Source: an uncultured Dehalococcoidales bacterium
GTDB taxonomy: Bacteria > Chloroflexota > Dehalococcoidia > GIF9 > UBA5629
DNA: 64,000 nucleotides
Reading direction: 5' to 3'
Assembly: GCA_964400675.1 (NCBI GenBank)
Contig: CAYNVO010000004.1
Span: forward strand, 77,723 to 141,722
A program made the translations under genes and the position numbers. The notes beneath the pieces are model-generated. The model searched no databases. It saw only the letters and a program-made list of their open reading frames with translations, and was not told the origin of the DNA. This document shows, piece after piece, positions 57,207 to 64,000 of the stretch (position 1 is its first letter; every line of letters begins with the position of its first letter).

Positions 57207-57815
57207 TTAGCTTTTAACTTTTGACTTTATTACCTGCAGATTCCCGCTCAGAAGCAGGGCTTCCTCTTGTGGAATGAGCTGGTTTTCATTCAATATCCCT
57301 TTAAGTCCGCCCTGAGCCAGGTAGTCCCTGAAGCATCTATGATTATCTCTTCCGGCGATGAATTCTATAGCCCTGATGAGATAGGCGGTGAGGTTTCCGG
57401 GTAATGGGACCTGGAAGTCGATGAACATCAAAACGCCTTGCTTTTTCACCACCCTTTTCATCTCGGAGATGGCTCTATTTTGCTCGTCTCTTTCCATCTC
57501 ATGCAGCCCCAACGATATGGAAGCGCAATCGAAGTAACCGTCCGGGAACGGCAGCTCGGCGGCGCTGGCCATACGGAAGGTGCTGTTAAATCCCTGTCTT
57601 TTCCTGTTCCTTTCCGCCAGCTCAATCATATTGGGGTTCTCATCCACGCCAATGGCAATGGCGCCCTTTTGCTCGTAGTGGAACACCTGGTCGCCCGTCC
57701 CGCAGCAGACATCCAGCACCATGCCGCCCGCTTTGACGCCGGCAAGTTCAATTACACAGGTCCTGATGTCCCTCAGTATCGGGTCGATAATGGTCGAATA
57801 GTTGAACAGAAGCAC
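57207..57815 (-). CDS. Class I SAM-dependent methyltransferase (UbiE-like)
   Basis: VLDVCCGTGD, LPFPDGYFD, GLHE, EMKRVVK. Confidence 0.88.
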   Translation of the reverse strand: MLLFNYSTIIDPILRDIRTCVIELAGVKAGGMVLDVCCGTGDQVFHYEQKGAIAIGVDENPNMIELAERNRKRQGFNSTFRMASAAELPFPDGYFDCASISLGLHEMERDEQNRAISEMKRVVKKQGVLMFIDFQVPLPGNLTAYLIRAIEFIAGRDNHRCFRDYLAQGGLKGILNENQLIPQEEALLLSGNLQVIKSKVKS

Positions 57816-57835
57816 GGTATGGATTATATCACTTC
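57793..57835 (+). repeat. Direct repeat B, copy 1 (methyltransferase start region)
   Basis: GTCGAATAGTTGAACAGAAGCACGGTATGGATTATATCACTTC. Confidence 0.85.
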
Positions 57836-57878
57836 GGTATTGCCAGATGGGGGGCTGGTATCAGGCTGGAAATAACAC

Positions 57879-57914
57879 ACGGTCATAACCCAAGCTAGGT
57901 TGGGCTATGACCGT
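57879..57914 (-). terminator. Hairpin terminator of the 57984..58355 gene
   Basis: ACGGTCATAACCCAA-GCTAGG-TTGGGCTATGACCGT. Confidence 0.6.
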
Positions 57915-57983
57915 ATTTATGCTTTCGGTAGTACCGGGATAGGGAATCCAGGCTATCTTCAATTAATAGCTATTATTAACTAA

Positions 57984-58355
57984 TTAACCAGGCCTTCCCA
58001 CAGCCCACAGCGCTTTTATTGCCGCAACAATCGCAGCCGGTGCCATCAAGGTGGCTATCAATGCCAGTATATTGTCCAGAATCATGCCGATGGCAAGTGT
58101 CTTAAGAGGTGCAAACACGCCTCCAACGACTATCAATGCAATGGTTGCCACCAGGAAAAGCAGAATTTCCTTTGCAGTGATATTCAGGAACCCTATAACG
58201 AGACCGAGAATAATTAGAATGATGATAACTGCGGACATAAAAGACGCCGCCATACCCAGAGCTGCCATGATGCCTACTACTACGGCAATCACCAGACCGA
58301 CGATAAATGCCCAGAAACCGATCATGCCTGCGATATTAGTATTCCCCTTCGCCAT
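57984..58355 (-). CDS. Four-TM membrane protein
   Basis: Highly hydrophobic, GLVIGFLNIT.KE...FLVA motif, AGGAGG RBS. Confidence 0.8.
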   Translation of the reverse strand: MAKGNTNIAGMIGFWAFIVGLVIAVVVGIMAALGMAASFMSAVIIILIILGLVIGFLNITAKEILLFLVATIALIVVGGVFAPLKTLAIGMILDNILALIATLMAPAAIVAAIKALWAVGRPG

Positions 58356-58466
58356 ATTTAGTTGACCTCCTCTATTTTTTTGGGTTGCTCCCCATTAGAA
58401 TTATCACACCGTTGTCGGGCGTTGTCAAGCCCCCCTTACGTTTGAGCAGCTCACCAGATTACGCAA

Positions 58467-58510
58467 GTCGAATAGTTGAATAGAAGCACAATTACGGATT
58501 ATATCACTTC
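58467..58510 (+). repeat. Direct repeat B, copy 2
   Basis: GTCGAATAGTTGAATAGAAGCACAATTACGGATTATATCACTTC. Confidence 0.85.
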
Positions 58511-58755
58511 CCTAATTAGGGCTACCGACCGCTAATGCTGCAATTCACATGCCATACGAGTGCATCGATAATACAACCCGGCTTCCGATAGGCATAATTG
58601 CTCTATATATTCAGTTTACTGATGGTTATAAATACCATGACGAGGACCTGAATTTTAGGTATTACCGGAAGTTGAGAATAGGTATCACAGCGGAAGTTAG
58701 TTTAAACAATAACTGGTAAGCTGGTAATAGAAAATAAAAGAAGGAGGTGACTAAG

Positions 58756-58926
58756 ATGGAATGGCAGATTATAGTAGCTCTAGTGATTGCGGTGCCAGTC
58801 ATTATGTTCCCTGCAGCTTTCGTGTGGTATACGAACCTGAGCGGAGTTTATGAGGCTGTTAAAGAAGCCAGAGCCAAGAAAGCTGCTCAAGAGAAGGGTG
58901 CCAAAGTAAAAGTCTACGCTAAATAG
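58756..58926 (+). CDS. 56-aa single-TM small protein; not in the ORF track
   Basis: MEWQIIVALVIAVPVIMFPAAFVWYTNLSGVYEAVKEARAKK...; AAGGAGGTGA RBS. Confidence 0.85.
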   Translation: MEWQIIVALVIAVPVIMFPAAFVWYTNLSGVYEAVKEARAKKAAQEKGAKVKVYAK

Positions 58927-58978
58927 AAACAGTACGTAAAGGAATGCACAGAAATAATAAAAAAGGAGGTTAAAAACA

Positions 58979-59140
58979 ATGCAGTTAGAATTGATAATAG
59001 CACTGGCGGTAACGATACCAGTAGTCCTCTTTCCAGCGGCTTTCGTGTGGTACCTGAACATCGGTGGTATTGTGCAGGCTATGCGTGAGGCAAGAGCTGC
59101 CCGAGAAAAGAAAGTTGCCACAGCAAAGACAACCGGCTAA
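58979..59140 (+). CDS. 53-aa paralogous single-TM small protein; not in the ORF track
   Basis: MQLELIIALAVTIPVVLFPAAFVWYLNIGGIVQAMREARAAREKK...; AAGGAGGT RBS. Confidence 0.85.
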   Translation: MQLELIIALAVTIPVVLFPAAFVWYLNIGGIVQAMREARAAREKKVATAKTTG

Positions 59141-59207
59141 GAAACATACTGTAAAACTCGAAAGAAGGAGGCAGGGAAGCTGAAGTTGAGCAGGGGCACA
59201 AAACCTT

Positions 59208-59245
59208 TAAGGCTGGATATCCGAAAAAGAAGATATCCAGCCTTA
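59208..59245 (+). terminator. Hairpin after the small-protein pair
   Basis: TAAGGCTGGATATC...GATATCCAGCCTTA, 14-bp inverted repeat. Confidence 0.6.
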
Positions 59246-59323
59246 TTAGAAATAGTCTATGCAAGGAAATTATAGCCATATTATACCCATTAAAAATAAT
59301 AGGGCGTTTATAGGAGGTAAAAA

Positions 59324-59560
59324 ATGAAATCTCTTCGCATCGTTATTCCGATTCTAATTACTGCTTTTGTGACAGCCATTGCCATATTTTCTGCTATCTG
59401 GTTAACCGGGTTGGTTCCCGCTGGACCATGGTCTGATTTAATTAAAGCGGCAATTGTGATATTTATTATCGGCTCTACTCTTGTGATAATAGCCTGGTCT
59501 GCGTATTTCACTTACATAATCAGGGGGACCGTCGAAAGGTTGGGATCTAAAAAAGATTAG
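59324..59560 (+). CDS. Small two-TM membrane protein
   Basis: AGGAGGT RBS, two hydrophobic helices. Confidence 0.75.
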   Translation: MKSLRIVIPILITAFVTAIAIFSAIWLTGLVPAGPWSDLIKAAIVIFIIGSTLVIIAWSAYFTYIIRGTVERLGSKKD

Positions 59561-59609
59561 TATTTTTGACAACGAGCATTTGAGTAACAGCATAACCAAC
59601 CTGTATGGC

Positions 59610-59678
59610 TTATCTCTTCCGGCAGGGAATTAGATAGTCCTGATGAGATAAGCTATGGTTTTTAGCTAGAGGGACCTG
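59610..59678 (-). pseudogene. Degenerate relic of the methyltransferase gene (matches 57343..57413)
   Basis: TTATCTCTTCCGGC....GAATT..ATAG.CCTGATGAGATA.GC...GGGACCTG shared with the gene. Confidence 0.7.
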
Positions 59679-59732
59679 ATATTGCCGGTCGGTGGGTTGT
59701 TTCAATAGCATTGTTGGGGGGATAAGCCAGAT

Positions 59733-59777
59733 AGTGGGAAAATCCCACTTGACATCTAATCCCACTCATGGTACGAT
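59733..59777 (+). promoter_or_regulatory. TA operon promoter with overlapping operator palindrome
   Basis: AGTGGGA-AAA-TCCCACT overlapping TTGACA (59749), extra ATCCCACT half-site in the 17-nt spacer, TACGAT -10. Confidence 0.7.
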
Positions 59778-59786
59778 ATCGCTGCC

Positions 59787-60068
59787 ATGGCTAAAATAAT
59801 AAGGGATGCAGACTTCGAGAAGGTAGCTGATAGCGTAAAACCGGACGCTAAAAGGCGCGTAGTTCTGCAAAAGGTTCAAGTGCAGGAAGGCGTCAGCTAT
59901 CATATATACCGCAACAGCATCGGGCAAATTTTACTGGACCCGCAGGTAACCATACCTGCTTCAGAGATATGGCTATTCAATAACCCGAAGGCTCTCGCCT
60001 CGGTCAGGCGGGGGCTTTCCGATGCTGCACGAGGCAGGGTGTCGAAAGTCGACCTCGACGCCCTGTAA
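59787..60068 (+). CDS. Putative antitoxin (AbrB-like N-terminus)
   Basis: D.KRRV.L...G.ILLDP N-terminus; WLFNNP.ALASVRRGL.DA..GRV tail; upstream of a RelE-like gene. Confidence 0.6.
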   Translation: MAKIIRDADFEKVADSVKPDAKRRVVLQKVQVQEGVSYHIYRNSIGQILLDPQVTIPASEIWLFNNPKALASVRRGLSDAARGRVSKVDLDAL

Positions 60069-60080
60069 GGTCAGGCGCTT

Positions 60081-60374
60081 TTGTTTGAATTACAATGGAC
60101 AGCGGAGGCAAGTAAAACCTACAATCTGCTTAAAAGTACTGCCTCCCAGAGGGAACGTTACCAAGCTGTCAAAAAGACCGTCAAGTTCCTGGCAGCGAAC
60201 CCTCGGCATCCCAGCCTCCAGCCCCATGAATATATCAGTTTGAAAAGTCCTGACGGGGAGAAGGTTTTTGAGGCATATGCAGAGCAGAGCACACCCGCAG
60301 CCTATAGAGTCTTCTGGTATTACGGTCCTTCCAAAGGCGTAATCACGATTTTTGCCATTACTTCTCACCCTTAG
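60081..60374 (+). CDS. Putative RelE/ParE-superfamily toxin
   Basis: L..NPRHPSL..H, FEAY, AYRVFWYY...ITIFAIT.HP. Confidence 0.65.
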   Translation: MFELQWTAEASKTYNLLKSTASQRERYQAVKKTVKFLAANPRHPSLQPHEYISLKSPDGEKVFEAYAEQSTPAAYRVFWYYGPSKGVITIFAITSHP

Positions 60375-60585
60375 TCACGCCCTGGCGAAGGGGCTCAAAT
60401 CCCCAACCAATTGTGTATCAGACAGCTGCCCTCCCATTGAGCTACCGGTATAACAAAGTCAGTAGCTGGTATGCATACGACGCTGATGATGATAACTAGG
60501 TATTACTAAGCGGTAGGTTGCCATGATGCGGTGGAGGCGCATAAGAGGTGTAGTCTTGTTGTGGTCTCAAAGCCCGAATGACCTG

Positions 60586-61200
60586 TCATCCGGCTTTCAG
60601 TTTCTTTATCGTTAAAATATATTGTGCTACTTCGTGCGTTTTATTTAAAACCATAGCTAATTCTTCAAATTTTATTTCGTAATTCGCAACTATAAGAGCT
60701 TCATCGTTTTCGCTAACAGTCAACATAATTGGTTTGCCTGGACCTATCTCACCCTTTTGAATTTTTTCGTCTATGTGCTCCACAGCATTTCGAATGTTTG
60801 CTATGGATTCACTTTTTGTTTCTAATAATCTTCGCAGTTCTCTTGGCCATCCTGGTGATTGCTTCTCTGACTTGATTCTTTCTAATAGATTAAATAGCCT
60901 TGAGACGGCATTAATGCAGGTTTCGATGTGGTCTGTAAACTCAATAACATGTATTTCCCGTCCTCGTTTTCTCAACTCTTTTACTGGACGATTTGCTTCT
61001 GCCACATCAGCAAGAATAGCTCCTCTCGCTTCTTTATATTCCCTTAAGGCTTTATCTACTAGGCGAATAAAATTTTTTCTGTAAAGCGCTGCTTTCCGAC
61101 TTAAACTAGGATCACCTATCAATATTTGAACAATCAAACGGTTTATAAGAGTGTCCAAACCTGACAAATCAGGCATTTTGCATTCTTTCGGAATTCCCAT
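60586..61200 (-). CDS. Hypothetical protein (HEPN-like R-N-x-x-E-H motif)
   Basis: AT-rich helical ORF containing IRNAVEH. Confidence 0.6.
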   Translation of the reverse strand: MGIPKECKMPDLSGLDTLINRLIVQILIGDPSLSRKAALYRKNFIRLVDKALREYKEARGAILADVAEANRPVKELRKRGREIHVIEFTDHIETCINAVSRLFNLLERIKSEKQSPGWPRELRRLLETKSESIANIRNAVEHIDEKIQKGEIGPGKPIMLTVSENDEALIVANYEIKFEELAMVLNKTHEVAQYILTIKKLKAG

Positions 61201-61466
61201 TATCTCGCTCCGATTCCTTTATGCGCAATAATTCATTGAAGGAAGAATATCTAAGGGTCGTCCCAGAATTTCTCTACAGGAAGAGCTATCTTTATGTCAA
61301 ATTTCTCTGCTTCCTTTAGCAGAAAGTCAGTGAACTTCTCCACCGTGTCAGTATGAATGAATATATAGTCTTGAAGATATTCCTCAAATTGCGCCTCGCA
61401 TTTTTCAGGGTCAGACTCGGCTTCAGGAACACTCCAAGCAAGTTTAGGTGCTTTACCATCTTCCGT

Positions 61467-61850
61467 TCACATAAAATTATGCAGACGGCTATAGATTGGC
61501 TTACTGTCAATGAACTCAATTGTGTTTGCTTCTATGAGTTCGATTTGATACACCCGTTTTCTATATTTATAGATCGTGATATCTCCCTCACGTAGTGCAT
61601 TGGAAACTTGCTCTAGACTTTTATTTCTAATGGCTTCAGCATGCTTCAACTCAAGCGTATATTCCCTAATCAAGACCGCCATTTCTTTTATTAACTCTAT
61701 ATCGTCTGTTTGTTCAGCCTCGGTTGTCGTTTCTGAGCTAGAGCCGCAACCTGCAATAGATATAGCTAATATCAAAACTAGTGCTATAATCAGAAGGGGA
61801 AACTGCCATCTTCTCATTTCAGCCTCCTTGACTGCCAGAAACATAGCCAA
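61467..61850 (-). CDS. Hypothetical lipoprotein, possibly truncated
   Basis: MRRWQ...IAGC lipobox (likely start 61817), AGGAGG RBS. Confidence 0.5.
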   Translation of the reverse strand: MAMFLAVKEAEMRRWQFPLLIIALVLILAISIAGCGSSSETTTEAEQTDDIELIKEMAVLIREYTLELKHAEAIRNKSLEQVSNALREGDITIYKYRKRVYQIELIEANTIEFIDSKPIYSRLHNFM

Positions 61851-61910
61851 GGCTATCTGGGAACATCTTCTTCCTTAACATATACTATGATTATTGGAGT
61901 ACTGGCCTGG

Positions 61911-62666
61911 CTAATGTTCGAATTCTTCGGAAATATTGTATTCAGGTTCGATAACGCAAATAGCGTAATGCTCCAGGAGCACGCGCTTCTTCCAGGGCTG
62001 CTTTCTTTGTTTTTCATCGAGTACGACCAGATGCCGAACAGTGCAGTTAGCGGATAAGTATTTCTGGGCTTCACTTGAGTCGGCACAAAGCTTTTTATCG
62101 ATTAGCCCTTTCTGAATCGGTTGACTGCTAAATCCAAACAGCCTGTTTTGATGTTGGGCGTGCTGCCGAATTCTTTTCTGTATATCCATAGTTCTGCCCA
62201 CATAGATACATTTCTTTTGCTTTCTATCGTAGACTAGATAGACTCCCGGTTTTGTGGGAAGATGTCCGCAAGCCTGTTCGTAGTCTAACTCCTCTGAGTT
62301 GAGCAACTTGCTGAGCAGGTGAATGACCTCATCATTAGGTTTTAAAGTCAGGCTCTCCTTAGTTATCATCAAACCTTTAGCCCATGAATCTAGCCCATCA
62401 CTATAGCCGCCTATTCGCGTGCCATTGCAATTAGTGGTGTGGCCCCAGCAGCAGGGGTAAATACGGGCAAACTCCCGCCCGCGCTGTTTGACTGCAATAA
62501 ACCTGGGGTCCTGGTCTTCCGGAGTCCTTTTACGCCGGGAAGCCAGCGCGATAAACTTGTGACCGTCTGGCGTTACCATCTGCTGTTCGCCGGCTTCATC
62601 CAGGCGCTGCCAGACAATATCGAACCGGCTCTGTAGTAGCTTTTGACTTTGATGCCGCACACTCAT
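61911..62666 (-). CDS. Protein with C-terminal GIY-YIG nuclease domain
   Basis: PGVYLVY...CIYVGRT..IQKRIRQH...E...I...P.YN. Confidence 0.75.
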   Translation of the reverse strand: MSVRHQSQKLLQSRFDIVWQRLDEAGEQQMVTPDGHKFIALASRRKRTPEDQDPRFIAVKQRGREFARIYPCCWGHTTNCNGTRIGGYSDGLDSWAKGLMITKESLTLKPNDEVIHLLSKLLNSEELDYEQACGHLPTKPGVYLVYDRKQKKCIYVGRTMDIQKRIRQHAQHQNRLFGFSSQPIQKGLIDKKLCADSSEAQKYLSANCTVRHLVVLDEKQRKQPWKKRVLLEHYAICVIEPEYNISEEFEH

Positions 62667-62796
62667 TCTTAGCCGCCTGTAAAAGAACTGGTCTGGCTAC
62701 GATTATACATCTACATATCTCGGAATGGAATACCCCCGAATGAAAATTCGGGCAATTTATCCGGAACAGGTCAAGCGGGGGAAGCCAGGTCTTCGT

Positions 62797-63999
62797 TTAG
62801 TAGGTTTTGGCCAGGGCTTCTGTCCAGGCGGTGAAGTCCTCGAGGTGCCTGCCGTTTTTATCCAGGCACTCGCCGGTGAACTCGTACACGGGCACGGCAT
62901 AAGCCTGCTTTTCAGAGGGCGGGTCCAGCCAGTATTTGAGCTGAACGTCCTCAATGACCACCCGGTCGCAGTCGAGCGGAATATCAAGGCTGCCTTTGCC
63001 CTGTATAAGGTCTTCATAGGCTTGCTTCTGGGAAATGATGTTTTCTGTGGTGCGTGGAGTCATCTGCCGCCACGGCCAGAGCAGCCTGACGACCTCGCCG
63101 TTATCGCCGATGCTGACCTCGATTTTCGAGCCGGGTCCCGTAGCCTCCATTCCGTCAACAAAGTACGGGAAGTCGACCAGCCAGTAGGTAGCGACGGGCG
63201 GCGCTGATGGTGCAGCTTCTTCCGATGGTGACGGCGCTTCCCATGGCCAGGACGGGGCAGATGGTGCTGCAGCGGCTGGTGGTGCGGCTTCCTCCGCGTA
63301 CCTCTCGCCGACGCTGTAGCTGCCGCCGGCGATTACGGTTGTCTCGTCTTTTATCTTAGCCAGACTCTGGTAGGAAGGCGGCAGCAGGTCTGCCTCTTCC
63401 AGGAAGTCATAGGCTATAAACTCTGCTTCCTGCTGCGACGGAAGGTCAGGCGAGTACGTCGGATAAAGCTTATCAGGCTCCACGTAGCCGTACTCAACGG
63501 CTCCGGAAGCGGTCCAGACGATAAGCTCACGCATCTCGTCGCCTTCGCCGTCAAACAGGGCAATTTTGTCTCCGCCGTCGATAAACCTGGCTTCGCCGCT
63601 GAATCCAAGCTTTCTTCCCAGCTCGGTAACGGACTCGATTGTTACCTCGGCGCTTTCTACCCTGTACACAGGTGCCTGTCCGGGTTTGGTTGGCAGCGAC
63701 GTCCTGGCAACGAAGGTCACGCCTTCCGGAGCGATATTCGATGGCAGGCTGACGGAGTATTTAGCCGCAGGCGGTGTTGGTGCTTCAGCCGGCATCGGTG
63801 CACCACCATATCTGGTGGAGTACCAGACAGTGCCGACGAATGCGAGCAGCACCACCAGCACGGTGGTGGTAACGCCGATTAAGATGGGTCTGGGAGGGAA
63901 CAGGTTCGTTGTCCATTCCCGGAAGCCACCTCTCTTTGCCGGGGCGGCGGCTTCTTCCTCAGCCAGTGTGCGGAGCAATCTGTCTTTCAGGCTTGCCCT
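62797..63999 (-). CDS. Single-TM protein with a large extracytoplasmic domain (anti-sigma-like topology); 5' end outside the window
   Basis: Frame is open to the window edge (RASLKDRLL), one TM, Pro/Ala-rich linkers. Confidence 0.65.
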   Translation of the reverse strand, partial: RASLKDRLLRTLAEEEAAAPAKRGGFREWTTNLFPPRPILIGVTTTVLVVLLAFVGTVWYSTRYGGAPMPAEAPTPPAAKYSVSLPSNIAPEGVTFVARTSLPTKPGQAPVYRVESAEVTIESVTELGRKLGFSGEARFIDGGDKIALFDGEGDEMRELIVWTASGAVEYGYVEPDKLYPTYSPDLPSQQEAEFIAYDFLEEADLLPPSYQSLAKIKDETTVIAGGSYSVGERYAEEAAPPAAAAPSAPSWPWEAPSPSEEAAPSAPPVATYWLVDFPYFVDGMEATGPGSKIEVSIGDNGEVVRLLWPWRQMTPRTTENIISQKQAYEDLIQGKGSLDIPLDCDRVVIEDVQLKYWLDPPSEKQAYAVPVYEFTGECLDKNGRHLEDFTAWTEALAKTY

Positions 64000-64000
64000 G

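Noticed and set aside
58780-59279. Minus-strand ORFs of 113 and 66 aa in the ORF track
   Set aside because: They are shadows of two plus-strand small genes that have strong RBSs and mutual homology.
59787-63999. Prophage or integrative element at the right end
   Set aside because: No integrase, structural or replication genes are recognisable.

Overview
64 kb from an anaerobic bacterium. Gene content and lineage-typical small proteins suggest Chloroflexota/Dehalococcoidia (inference). The left ~47 kb is mostly core anaerobic metabolism: biotin carboxylase, short thyA, and an hdrC-hdrB-hdrA(L)-mvhD-metV-metF operon whose mvhD is a UGA/selenocysteine gene with a SECIS-like hairpin. It also holds a MacAB-type ABC exporter with two very long adaptor proteins, hypFCDE and hypA, plsX/plsY with a mini-DegV, an ALDH-FeADH fusion, tungstate uptake tupABC under a Moco/Tuco riboswitch, an orphan ~160-nt rod-shaped ncRNA candidate, an uncharacterised glycyl-radical enzyme operon, lipases and glpK-glpD. 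From tRNA-Met(CAT) at 47775 the window is accessory. The tRNA is followed by four extra copies of its own 3' end, each closing a 0.5-1.35 kb single-gene cassette, with no integrase in the window. Further single genes are bracketed by short duplications of neighbouring gene ends. This integron-like, tRNA-anchored cassette array is the most notable structure. The right end has unannotated small membrane proteins, a toxin-antitoxin pair, a GIY-YIG protein and a gene cut by the window edge. No searches were run; all calls come from reading motifs.
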